DNA of 57,970 nucleotides from a virus: IMG/VR virus record IMGVR_UViG_3300045988_094645; one strand, 5' to 3'. Shown piece by piece: positions 8,621 to 18,446 of this stretch (position 1 is its first letter; each line of letters starts with the position of its first letter). The notes under the pieces were generated by a model. It saw only the letters and a program-made list of their open reading frames with translations, ran no database searches and was not told where the DNA came from. The position numbers and the translations under genes were made by a program.

Positions 8621-8857
8621 TTAAAACTCTAAAATTGGTGTTTCATCAGGCAGAGCATCTACGCTGGTGATGGAGATAGATTTATTGTAATCAGTGGAAA
8701 TTCCTGTCACTCTCTCAATTTCTTTAGTGGCAATATCATACATAATATCGTTTGCAACTGAAGCCGGGCCTTTTCTATGAATATCGGCCAGCTGTTGGAA
8801 GATAGGATGATCGACCTCTAACTCACGCTGGATAGAAATTGAAATTTTAACTCTCAT
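8621..8857 (-). CDS. hypothetical protein (78 aa)
   Basis: supplied ORF; tandem terminators downstream at 8548-8620. Confidence 0.4.
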   Translation of the reverse strand: MRVKISISIQRELEVDHPIFQQLADIHRKGPASVANDIMYDIATKEIERVTGISTDYNKSISITSVDALPDETPILEF

Positions 8858-9167
8858 ATAACTTTTCTTTCTATTGGGAACGCCTTAAATGGCGTTCCCG
8901 ATTTTGAAGCACTTGGCCGAAGGCGACCAAAGAGAACCGGCCTTGCGCTTGGCATCAGAACGGGCACGGTCAACATCCTTACCGACACCCACGAACACAT
9001 GGCCCGCCGCAGTCTTAAAGTAGAAATTCATCATAGTAAAGCTTCCTTTCTTTTATGAGGGTTATCCCCTCTTGATGATTAAATTATACCACAATGCGGT
9101 GAGATTGTCAAGAACTTTTTTACGTATTTTCCAGATATGGGGCGGGGATTTCACCCGCCCCTTTTAT

Positions 9168-9632
9168 TTAGTCCAGATTGTTGATATATTCAATAATGTT
9201 TGTAGTTTGGGGGTCTACGGTATCCCCTAAATGCCAGCCGTTTCTAATTTTGCCGTTATCATCAAAGAGGATAAACGGCGGTTCATAGAAACTACGGAAT
9301 ACACATTTAGCTTTAGTTGTTCCATACGCCACACAATGGCATTTATGGGCCGGAAATTTATGCCTTGCAAGCCATTCCTTTTTGGCGGCTGTGACTGCTT
9401 TCTTATATTCAGGGGGGCTTTCAGGGGGCAACCATGTAATAACTCGAACCTCCCACCCGTTACTAATTGCGTTTAGAAGCGCATTTCGGAGGGCGTTCAT
9501 ATCCCACATGGGGGCGGCGTCTCGGAATGGGCTGGGGTCTCCATCGCGGAGTTTTTCAAGCCAGTTGGGGACTGCGTATAGATCTGCAATTGTCCCGTCC
9601 ATATCAAAGCAGAGCATTTTTTTAGTTATCAT
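9168..9632 (-). CDS. HAD-superfamily 5'(3')-deoxyribonucleotidase-like hydrolase (154 aa)
   Basis: N-terminal MLCFDMDGTIADL carries the DxDGT HAD motif I; size and pattern fit the NT5C-like family. Confidence 0.5.
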   Translation of the reverse strand: MITKKMLCFDMDGTIADLYAVPNWLEKLRDGDPSPFRDAAPMWDMNALRNALLNAISNGWEVRVITWLPPESPPEYKKAVTAAKKEWLARHKFPAHKCHCVAYGTTKAKCVFRSFYEPPFILFDDNGKIRNGWHLGDTVDPQTTNIIEYINNLD

Positions 9633-9660
9633 ATATATAACCTCCTTTTGTTTTATTATA

Positions 9661-9885
9661 CTACCTGTTGCCTATCTTGTCAACAAGTTTTTCAAAGAAA
9701 TTTTTATGCCGATATACCTTATAAGGCATTGACGTATAATCCACATAAATTAGAGGGTCGCGCAAAAGAATAGCTTGCATATAGATCCCATAATTCTCTG
9801 GGGTGGTAGTACCACCAAATTGGCGGCGGTAGATTTCAGCCACAGTTAAACACTCATTAGGCCGAATAAACTTTGAAGGTTTCAT
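9661..9885 (-). CDS. hypothetical protein (74 aa)
   Basis: supplied ORF; repeated intergenic module lies upstream. Confidence 0.35.
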   Translation of the reverse strand: MKPSKFIRPNECLTVAEIYRRQFGGTTTPENYGIYMQAILLRDPLIYVDYTSMPYKVYRHKNFFEKLVDKIGNR

Positions 9886-10279
9886 TTAGTGTCCCTCCTT
9901 CTTTCTGTACTAATAATACCATAATTTAAGGATAATTGCAAGATGACATTTTGCACAAGATTTCAAGTCAAAAATTGTGCAACATTACAACAGAAAAAAA
10001 TTCCGGCCGCTGCGCTCATGCGCGGCCGGCTGAACAATATATTTTGAATTGGAAAAGAAATTCCTCCCATTTTGGGAGGAAAATCTCAATCTACATATTC
10101 TCGATTTAAAACTTTTACAACCTCTTCAGGTTTACGTCGAGACCGGAAAAGAGCATCTTCATAGGAATAACCAGAGATATTGTCGGTCGAGCCATTTTCA
10201 AGCAAAATCTCAAATTCATACATATCTCTCAACTTCCTTTCTTTTGATAACTTAATTTTAACATAAGAATTTCGGGAAG

Positions 10280-10720
10280 TCAATCGGTACTTTCAACAAT
10301 TTTCATTCCATTTGCTTGTATAATTCGCATAGCTTCTTCAAGAGAAGTATTGTCAACGGAGCCACAGTCGATACAAATATATTTTCTGCCATCCTTTACC
10401 ATAGTAGTGAAATAATATTCTTGACCAGAAACAAGGCCCATCTACTCTCGTAGTCTTACGGGAATCATGATGCGCCCACTTGAATCCAATTTCCTTGAGA
10501 AAGTAGTTTCTTGCATTTTGATAAATAAATTCTAGTGACCTAGGTTCGTGCGAAAAACGACTCCATCACGGGAATCGCCGATTTGTAACAATCGGAGGGA
10601 ATAATTACCACTCGCAAGGCATTTCTGGCAGAACTGAGCCATAGGACAATTCTTACAAGAATCCTAGTTCAAACAGAACTCCAGAATGACCGCAAGAGCT
10701 TTCAGCACTTCTAAGGTCAT
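10280..10720 (-). CDS. AbrB/MazE/SpoVT-family (swapped-hairpin) DNA-binding protein with a Cys-rich N-terminus; three in-frame TAGs
   Basis: rc translation from ATG at 10720 (promoter TTGCTT-17-TATAAT, RBS AAAGGAG): MTLEVLKALAVILEFCLN[TAG]DSCKNCPMAQFCQKC...LDSSGRIMIPVRLRE[TAG]MGLVSGQEYYFTTMVKDGRKYICIDCG... matches the AbrB motif (v)D.lGRivIPkelR. Confidence 0.4.
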
Positions 10721-10895
10721 TAGAAAACTCCTTTCTTTGTTTTTCTATAATTATTATAATATATTTTTTTGAAAAAAGCAAGGACTGACTTATGCCAGCC
10801 CCAGCCTCTGTAACCAGATAAGGTGATATTTCCCCAGTCTTGCCAAAACTGTTCCGTATCCCTTATTAGTCCAAACAGTGGAACCAATAGGATAT

Positions 10896-11108
10896 TCACG
10901 CGGAAGTCTCTCGATAGTCATTGATAATCCCCTCCTTTTCTAACTTGAAATATTTATCTTCGATTTCTTTTATTGCTGAATTAACAAAAGCAAGTTGTTC
11001 ATAAAGATTATTGCGAATATGCCACAGATTTCTCCACTGTTCTTCTGCCATATTATACTGTTCTCTTGTAATCATGCGGAAATTGACCTCCATAGAATTT
11101 TTTATCAT
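10896..11108 (-). CDS. hypothetical protein (70 aa)
   Basis: supplied ORF. Confidence 0.35.
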   Translation of the reverse strand: MIKNSMEVNFRMITREQYNMAEEQWRNLWHIRNNLYEQLAFVNSAIKEIEDKYFKLEKEGIINDYRETSA

Positions 11109-11146
11109 GGGGAGTGGAAGTCATAGACTTCCACTCCCGCAGTTTC

Positions 11147-11386
11147 TTATGCGTTAATGTAGATATTAACGCCACCTTCTTCTCTCATTTCAATCTCAGT
11201 CACCTGCTTCTTGAACAGGGCGCTGAGGTCATCGCCATAAAAGTCACCGCCGAGCTGGAGCTTCCATTCCTTGTCAAACCGGAAATGTGCGCCGGTATTG
11301 CTGTCGATTACCTGAATAGCCGCATCCTCTTCCAGACAGAAAGAGTATTGCCGGAACAAAATCACAACGTCTTTGAAGCACACCAT
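11147..11386 (-). CDS. hypothetical protein (79 aa)
   Basis: supplied ORF; promoter TTGACA-17-TATAAT (rc) at ~11425-11460. Confidence 0.35.
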   Translation of the reverse strand: MVCFKDVVILFRQYSFCLEEDAAIQVIDSNTGAHFRFDKEWKLQLGGDFYGDDLSALFKKQVTEIEMREEGGVNIYINA

Positions 11387-11786
11387 TTCTTTTACTTCCT
11401 TTCAAATTCTTTTTGTGGTCTGTCTCTCTGGACAAGTATAATATACCATACCCACAAAGGAATGTCAAGCGATTTCGGGAGAAAAATTCTCGGCAGATTG
11501 CACAAACTTTTGGCCATATAATTGTTGAAACTGCCGAACAAACAAAAATTCGGGCCGCGGCGCACGCTGGCGGCCCGGCGAAAAGTCAATATGGGAAAGT
11601 GCACAAAAATATCCGGCAATCTTTGTGCAGATTACCGGATAGAATATTAAAACATCACAGTAAAGAAGTTATACTCACTATGCTGTGGATTTGGATAGCT
11701 GTTATCTGCTACTATGTCAGCCCAGCTCAAAGCAATCCAGAGAAGGAGAGCGGCGCAAAGGCCGCCTCCTATATACCGTAGCACTC

Positions 11787-12173
11787 TCATACCGCAGGCT
11801 CCTTCCCCAGAAGGTCATACCGTCCAGGGATTTCGGCATTAAGCCTATCCCATTCTTTGGCAGTTACCCTGTCATACTCATTATAATAGTTATCCCGAAT
11901 GATATAAAGCTGTTCTGTGGTGTCCTTATCCAGAGCGGCCTTATACTCGTCAAGAGAGGCAGGACGAGTGTGAAGCTTGCTGTTGATATACCGTGCATTG
12001 ATAAAGGCCCAATGTGGCATGACGGCCTTAGAGATAGCATTAAAAGCGTCTAAGTCAAGGATGATACCATCATCCACAGCGGCCGCCTTCACATTCATGG
12101 AGTAACGGAGAACACGCACGAACTCAGGCTTATTAAAGGTGGGATTGGTGTAATACTTGATGAAGTTAGACAT
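11787..12173 (-). CDS. hypothetical protein (128 aa)
   Basis: supplied ORF. Confidence 0.35.
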   Translation of the reverse strand: MSNFIKYYTNPTFNKPEFVRVLRYSMNVKAAAVDDGIILDLDAFNAISKAVMPHWAFINARYINSKLHTRPASLDEYKAALDKDTTEQLYIIRDNYYNEYDRVTAKEWDRLNAEIPGRYDLLGKEPAV

Positions 12174-12448
12174 ATCTTTTATCCTTTCTCCCCGTATAGC
12201 CGTTAGGTCAGCTTCTTGTGGTATATGGTTACTTGATAGCTTCGCCGGTAGACAGGTCTACAATCCAATAGTCAGGATTGACAAGCTCATGGTCTACTCT
12301 CCATCTTGCGTGTGCAAAAGTAGACGGCTCATAGTATCGCATTTTGTCACCCACTAAAACCTGCAACTGATACCTCATAATACAGCCTTCTTTCTTTTGA
12401 TTATATAACCCTGCCTTGCCTTGGGTTTTGCAAGGCAGGGTTTATAAA

Positions 12449-12826
12449 CTACTGCTGATTGAGTTCTTTTTGCTGGTCTTTCGTTGCCCAATCAAGAGAG
12501 GTTCTGACCGTCGGACGCTTGCGGTATTGCTCCGCCTCTGCCTCTGTGCCGCCTTTAGCTAAAGCGTAGGCTTTCCAGTCTATCGCTCCTTTAGCGGTAG
12601 TCTCTTTATAGACCACCGCATGAGCGGCGCCCTTTATCTGGACTGTGCCGTACAGATAAGAGGTCTTATCCGTGGTCTTGAACTCTTTCCCCAAACGGGT
12701 GAAAAGCTCTTTCGCTTTGGCCTTGGCCGCTTTCTCTGCAACCTCTGCCGCCGCTACTGCTTGCTTAGCGGCTAGGTACTCCATGATGACCTTCCTATCA
12801 TCATTAGTAAAATCAATCTTTTTCAT
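12449..12826 (-). CDS. hypothetical Ala/Lys-rich protein (125 aa)
   Basis: supplied ORF; promoter TTGACA-17-TACAAT (rc of 12862-12898). Confidence 0.4.
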   Translation of the reverse strand: MKKIDFTNDDRKVIMEYLAAKQAVAAAEVAEKAAKAKAKELFTRLGKEFKTTDKTSYLYGTVQIKGAAHAVVYKETTAKGAIDWKAYALAKGGTEAEAEQYRKRPTVRTSLDWATKDQQKELNQQ

Positions 12827-12940
12827 CTTTTTTACTCTCTTTCTTTTTGTGGTGTGGTTCTCTTGTGTTCTGCCTGTATTGTATCAAGTCTTTTAAGACT
12901 TGTCAATACTTTTTTTGAAAATTTTTAATTTTCAAGGTAC

Positions 12941-13005
12941 ATTGAGTTTTGCCCTGTCCTCTACTGGACAAGTCCAGTTTACACCCGTTTGCCCTGTTTG
13001 TCAAT
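12941..13005 (-). promoter_or_regulatory. second upstream promoter (rc TTGACA-17-TAAACT) overlapped by a perfect 14-bp palindrome CTGGACAAGTCCAG and flanked by TTTGCCCTGT direct repeats; candidate operator
   Basis: palindrome at 12962-12975; direct repeats at 12941-12951 and 12986-12996. Confidence 0.35.
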
Positions 13006-13274
13006 AGTTTTTTGAAATTTCTTTCTCTCTCTTTTGCACAAAATAAACATTGTTCAACTGTGCAATTTGCATAAATCCTTTACGCGCGCGTATTCCTTTA
13101 GGGCGTGGCTTTTTACTTTCATACTTTAATGAGTGAAAGAGGCTGACTACACTTCAGCACTTTACCATGTGAAAGGGGAGGGTGTATTTTGGGAAAAACT
13201 GGAAATTTTTTCGCAAATTTGTTCTGCCACGCCATTTCAAAATCTAAATCGCACTTTCAATCTCAATAACGAAA

Positions 13275-13315
13275 AAAAGATGAAAGGCTAAACTTTTAAC
13301 CTTTCATCTTTTCTC
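13275..13315. terminator. bidirectional terminator AAAGATGAAAGG-loop-CCTTTCATCTTT
   Basis: 12-bp perfect stem with A/T flanks, directly 3' of the Pth2 gene. Confidence 0.6.
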
Positions 13316-13338
13316 CACAGTTAGGGCAAAAATATCCC

Positions 13339-13668
13339 TTAATGGTATAATTGATATTTCTTCCCAATTTTATCAATCTCCTCAGCTTCCATTGGTCTAA
13401 ATCCAATACAAGTGAGAGTCCCTTCAGGACTCTCTTTTTCCAGCTCTGTCCTGCAAGCATCATAAATCAAAAAGTAATCATGGAATAAGTCTGTATCGAG
13501 ACTTATATCCATATGATACATAATGCCATCTCTTTCCCGAACCACTTCTTTGCTTCCCCAAAGAATCTTTTCCAAAAGAAAAGCAATAGAAGCATGGGAA
13601 ACTTGCGCAGCTAGCTTACCCGGAGACATATTTAAATCTTTTCTAGCTATAATTAACTGTTTATACAT
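13339..13668 (-). CDS. pth2: Pth2-family peptidyl-tRNA hydrolase (109 aa)
   Basis: MYKQLIIARKDLNMSPGKLAAQVSHASIAFL matches the PTH2 N-terminal signature (vvRtDL.MgkGKiaAQcsHAa). Confidence 0.55.
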   Translation of the reverse strand: MYKQLIIARKDLNMSPGKLAAQVSHASIAFLLEKILWGSKEVVRERDGIMYHMDISLDTDLFHDYFLIYDACRTELEKESPEGTLTCIGFRPMEAEEIDKIGKKYQLYH

Positions 13669-14417
13669 TCTTTACCTGCTTTCAAAAATGCTTTAAAATT
13701 TTGGGAGTTGCGGTCAGGAATTGCAAAATAAATATTTGGAATATTATAATTGCGGGCTGTGTCTATGAGCAAGGTTGCGACCGTATACGGATCTTGCATA
13801 AAAACTCCACAGCCCCAGGCTCCCGCGATTAGATTTTCCACACCGTTTTCCTTGGCAATTTGATACATAAAGTGAATTCGATCTTCAAGAACTCTATCAT
13901 TCTCGCTTTTACTCACGTTCTGGTATCTATGCGCCGTTCGGAAATTCGGGGCCGCGCAAGTTATAACATCTACTTCCTTTTGTTTGTCATTCCGCTCGAA
14001 TACTACACTAGGAGAATACAGCGCTCTATTCAAATATAAAGCCTTATTTAACCTCTGCCGATTCCATGCATAATATGTTCCATCAAAAGCAAGAAGGATA
14101 GGGTAAAGATTAGATTCATGACAAAGAGCCTCTTCCTGCGCGGGACTGCCTTCTAGGAAGAAACCGCCAGGACTTTTATAACTGGCATAGTTAAGAATTG
14201 CTGTTCTACCATTATCAGATAAATTGAATAGGCAAGATACACTATCCATATCCGTTAGAGTAAAAGCTGATTTCTGATTGCCGGATTCGTGCTGTGTAAA
14301 AGAATCTGGGCTATATACATATGTGCGATCAATAGATAACTTAGTATTTGCGGCAAGTCTAGTTTTAATATCTTCATAATGCGCTCGTGCCTTGATTGCG
14401 CGCTCTTGTTTTGTCAT
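13653..14417 (-). CDS. bacterial-type poly(ADP-ribose) glycohydrolase-like macrodomain protein (DUF2263/TIGR02452), 254 aa; overlaps pth2 by 16 nt (operon)
   Basis: catalytic signature GGG-x6-8-QEE present as SPGGFFLEGSPAQEEALCHESNLY. Confidence 0.55.
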   Translation of the reverse strand: MTKQERAIKARAHYEDIKTRLAANTKLSIDRTYVYSPDSFTQHESGNQKSAFTLTDMDSVSCLFNLSDNGRTAILNYASYKSPGGFFLEGSPAQEEALCHESNLYPILLAFDGTYYAWNRQRLNKALYLNRALYSPSVVFERNDKQKEVDVITCAAPNFRTAHRYQNVSKSENDRVLEDRIHFMYQIAKENGVENLIAGAWGCGVFMQDPYTVATLLIDTARNYNIPNIYFAIPDRNSQNFKAFLKAGKECINS

Positions 14418-14616
14418 CGCGGCCTCCTTTTATAAAAATGCCATTGGGCAAAATTAAATAATTGTCTTATTTTATTTTTCAAATAAAGTGTGTTGAGTTT
14501 TTAATTCCTCGATCTTCTACTTTAACTCTTTGTTTTCTTTTATTACTTTTGCATATTCGCATGAATCATCGCATCTAATTGGATCATACTATTGATGCAA
14601 TCTAAGATAACAATAA

Positions 14617-15009
14617 TCAATGCATGGGTTCATATTTACACCCCTTTATTCTACAATCTAGTAAACACTGTCCTGTAGCTCCATCACAGGGAATTGCATC
14701 AGGGTAATCCTCAAAATAAGACGAAGCTAATAGGACTTCATACCCGAGTTCTCGCAATATTCTTTCTGCGATATATCTATTCCTCAGCTTTACCCATTCT
14801 TCTCTATTTATTTTTGTTTCTCTGTATATTTCTCTGGATTTCTCCATATCTACTGTTATGCTGCCATCAATATTAGTCTTAAATGTTGAATCCTGTGTAC
14901 GATAAAATTCTCGAAAAGGATTTTCAATATGAAGAACCTCTCTAGCATAATTATCAAAATCTTCTGAGAATTTCATTATCTTCGCGCCTGTTTCGCTAAC
15001 TATAAGCAA
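14617..15009 (-). CDS. hypothetical protein with Cys-rich C-terminus (130 aa by supplied ORF; may extend upstream through an in-frame TAG)
   Basis: supplied ORF; upstream in-frame ...RRGGIID[TAG]IGVDEK precedes the TTG start. Confidence 0.35.
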   Translation of the reverse strand: MLIVSETGAKIMKFSEDFDNYAREVLHIENPFREFYRTQDSTFKTNIDGSITVDMEKSREIYRETKINREEWVKLRNRYIAERILRELGYEVLLASSYFEDYPDAIPCDGATGQCLLDCRIKGCKYEPMH

Positions 15010-15128
15010 TTTTTCATCAACCCCAATCTAGTCAATAATCCCACCCCTCCGGGCACAGGAGTTGACCACACTTCATTTCTCTTTGCAATATCTTCAAGTT
15101 CAACAAAATCGCCTTGAATAAAATTCGC

Positions 15129-15767
15129 CTAATTTCTACGAATACCAACATCAACAACAATAGCGTGAGGGCAAGCCTCTCTTGTCAAAGTAAAATCTCC
15201 AACTGCGGATACTACTAAATCTGCTATTCTTGCTAAATAAAGCTTCGCATTTACATTTGTTTTACTGTGACAGATAGATACAGTCATATTTCTCGCCAAC
15301 AACTCTTTCGCCATTGGCTTACCAACTATATTACTTCTACCTAATATTAAAGCACTTTTACCTTCATACTTAAAACCACAGTCATCAAGATAGTCTACTA
15401 TTCCTCTTACCGTTGCCGGTAAAACAAGAGTAGAAGAAGTTAAACCGTCGCAGTCTTTTATCGTAGGAATTACATCAATAGAAAAAGAACTCAATGAATC
15501 TCTTAGTGGCATTTGTGCTATAATACAATCAGTATCTATACTATTTATGTAATTATTTAAATCTGCGGGAGTCCAGTGTTCTGGAACTTTAATCACGCTT
15601 ACTGGCCATCCTAATTCATCAAAGTCGTCTACTTTTTTCTATATATAAATCTAATTTCCGGCATCCCCGTTAGTTGCATCAATTATGGTCAATGATGGCT
15701 TGACATCGGACTGCCGCAATTCATCTTTCTATTGTTTAAAATATTCTTTTATGTTAATCTATTGCAT
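15129..15767 (-). CDS. folD: FolD-like bifunctional methylenetetrahydrofolate dehydrogenase/cyclohydrolase (~212 aa) with five in-frame TAGs in the N-terminal part
   Basis: supplied ORF 15129-15596 contains GKSALILGRSNIVGKPMAKELL...VSICHSKT...ADLVVSAVG...IVVDVGI. Upstream in frame: ...TIIDATNGDAGN[TAG]IYI[TAG]KKVDDFDELGW..., where the first TAG aligns with the conserved Gln of the FolD motif PASQIYV. Confidence 0.6.
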
Positions 15768-16092
15768 CTGGTTCTAGCCCCCATGGATCATCAGTATCAT
15801 AATCAATCATATCATAGAATGATATTTTGTTATTAGGCGTTATTTCTAAAACCTAATGTGGGATACAACATATTTCATAATCAGAATCTCTATCTAAATT
15901 ATATGAAGCATAAATATGTAAAGCTGTTGGTCTTGCATTATTGATATTTTGAATGTCCCATAAGTCAACAGTGTTTTTATGTCCAAGTATGTCTGTTAGA
16001 ACTTCTGGCTATACTGCTATGCTTATAATTAAAATGTTAAAGTAATACTATGCTCGTTTTGGTAATTCAGAATAGGGTGTATCGAAAAACAT
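15754..16092 (-). CDS. hypothetical protein (~112 aa) with three in-frame TAGs
   Basis: ATG at 16092 preceded by GGAGG; MFFDTPYSELPKRA[TAG]YYFNILIISIAV[TAG]PEVLTDILGHKNTVDLWDIQNINN...IPH[TAG]VLEITPNNK... ends TAA and overlaps the folD start. Confidence 0.35.
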
Positions 16093-16162
16093 TTTATTAA
16101 AAACCTCCCTATTTATTATATTTAAATTATACCATTTTAAAAAACATTGGTCAAATAAGATT

Positions 16163-16191
16163 TGACAATCTAGTTTTTTTTTGTTATTATA
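16163..16191 (+). promoter_or_regulatory. sigma-70 promoter TTGACA-17-TATTAT at the start of the plus-strand structural operon
   Basis: atttgacaatctagtttttttttgttattatatg. Confidence 0.5.
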
Positions 16192-16219
16192 TGAGTATAA
16201 AAAGGAGATGAACCAGTAT

Positions 16220-17267
16220 ATGATAAAATTAGACTATACGATTGAATCTCCCGAAGAGCGCAAGGCGCTTGTCGAAAAAATAATCGCAGAAAATCCTGAT
16301 TTAACTCCAGGTTATTTAGAAGTATTAGCAGATTATTTAGTTCTATGTATGGAGAAACAAGAGAAGAAAGAGAAGAACATATTGACTGATAACCGAATGG
16401 CCACTGTCAATAAACGAGAATGTTCTTTTGAGGGACTCGCTTCATAGATGGAAAATGGCGAGGATGGCATTTATGGTTTAATGTCAGACAATAAAAATGT
16501 TATATTTTAGCCAAAGATTTCTATTACACAAAAAGATTTAGATTCTATACCATGTTTAAAATAGTTGAGAGAAACCATTAATGCTTGGGAAGGTGCCTTG
16601 AAACGCGCCGCGGGAACGAAACAAGCTTATATGATGAAAAAAGCATTGATAGAAATGCGAAAAGATTAGTATATTATTAAATAGGCATATCAAAAGCCTA
16701 TAGTTCCTTGTAAGCTAACAAGAAATACAAGAACACATATACCTCTTGATGATGAAAGTTATCTTAATGGATAGGAAGTAGTCGTTAAAGGTATTTCCTT
16801 AATGGATCCAAATGTAGTTTCTGCTATTTTATGCAATTATTCAAAATTAAAAGAAGATAGTTATGATTAGTTCGATGGGGATACGTGGTATCTAATTCAA
16901 GCGTTTGAAGAGATATGCGATAAAGCTCTTGAGGATTTTCCAATCTATTTACGAATTGTTGAGTTAAAGATTGATAAAAAGCAGAATAATGAGATATAGG
17001 AAATATTAAATGAAGAGTTCGGAAAAACATATAGCGTGGAATATATCTCCAGTTTATGGAGAAATAAAATTCCTAAATTGATAGCCGAAGCCGCCCTAGA
17101 GGATTTTTTATATTGGTAGTATAAAAACAGAAATTATCCAATGAAAAAATGTTCTAAGTGTGGGCAATTAAAGCCAGCTCATAATCAATTCTTTTCAAAA
17201 AATAAGACAAGTAAAGATAATTTATATAGTATTTGTAAGAAGTGTCGTAACAAGAAAAGAGGTTGAT
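16220..17267 (+). CDS. hypothetical protein with C-terminal zinc-ribbon (~349 aa; ~9 in-frame TAGs); possible packaging-associated or late regulatory protein
   Basis: frame-2 reading from MIKLDYTIESPEERKALVEKII... through the supplied ORF 16181-16447 to TGA at 17265-17267; ends ...KKCSKCGQLKPAHNQFFSKNKTSKDNLYSICKKCRNKKRG. Confidence 0.4.
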
Positions 17268-17271
17268 TATA

Positions 17272-18444
17272 GTGAGTCATTATTGTAAAAAGTGTGGTAA
17301 AACTATGGATGATACATAGTTTTATACATCAAAGAATATAGAAAAATATCCTCCAGATGGAAAGATGGATATCTGTAAGAAATGTCTTACGATGCACGTA
17401 GACAACTGGGATCCAGAAACTTATAAATGGATTTTATAGGAAATTGATGTTCCATATATCAAAGAAGAGTGGAATGGCTTATTGGAGAGGTATGGAAAAG
17501 ATCCAAAGAAGGTTACTGGATTAACTATTATTGGACGCTATTTATCCAAAATGAAATTAAAACAATGGAATAAATATACTTGGGCAGATACAGAGGCACT
17601 AGAGAAGGATTCAACTGAGAAAAAAGTTCTTAATATGAAAGCTCAAGGATTTACAGAGGATGAAATTCAAGAGCAATTAGCTATTGATAGAACTCCGCCA
17701 AAACCAAAGGAATTAGAAGATGTTTAGGCTCCAGTTGGAACTCCAGAATATCAAGATCCAGAAGAGGAAGAAGATGACTTTAGCGATTAGCTAACAGAAG
17801 AAGATAAATTAATGCTTCGTCTTAAATGGGGTCGAGGTTATTCTTGGGAAGAAAGAGTGCGAATGGAGTAGCTCTATAAGGATATGATGAGTTCATATGA
17901 TATTTAGGGAGCTGGACATAAAGATACTCTTATTATGGTATGCAAGACTAGTTTGAAAGCGAATTAGTTAATTGACGCTGGAGATATTGATGGCTTTTAG
18001 AAAATGTAGAAGGCCTATGATAGCTTAATGAAAAGCGGAAAGTTCACTGCCGCCTAGAATAAAGGAGAATCCGGCGAATTTGTTGATTCTATTGGTGAGT
18101 TAGTAGCATTATGCGAGAAAGAAGGGTTTATTCCTAGATATTATACTGATGGGCCATAGGATAAAGTAGATAGAACTCTTTAGGATTTGTAGCAATATAC
18201 GCATACTCTAGTTACAGAAGAAATGAATCTTGGTAATATGATTGAAGCTTCTTTGAGAGAAATCGTGAAAGATAAAGAGCGCGAAGCCAATATTGATGTT
18301 GAAGATAGTGATGAGGATGAAGATTTATTTAATTATGAACATCCAGAACTGACAGAAGAAGATTATCAAGAGTATGAGGATATGAAAGAATCTGAAAGAG
18401 ATAAAGATGAAGAAATGTTAAATAGCATACTAAAGGAGGTTTAA
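17272..18444 (+). CDS. putative terminase small subunit or packaging protein (~390 aa; N-terminal CxxC...CxxC Zn-finger, acidic C-terminus; ~12 in-frame TAGs)
   Basis: GTG start overlaps the upstream stop; frame 1 carries supplied ORFs 17482-17727 and 18223-18444; sits immediately before TerL. Confidence 0.35.
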
Positions 18445-18446
18445 TA

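Noticed and set aside
16181-16219. TTG start of supplied ORF 16181-16447
   Set aside because: The first 13 codons overlap the -10 element of the promoter at 16163-16191. The ATG at 16220 (MIKLDY...) downstream of AAGGAG is the more plausible start.
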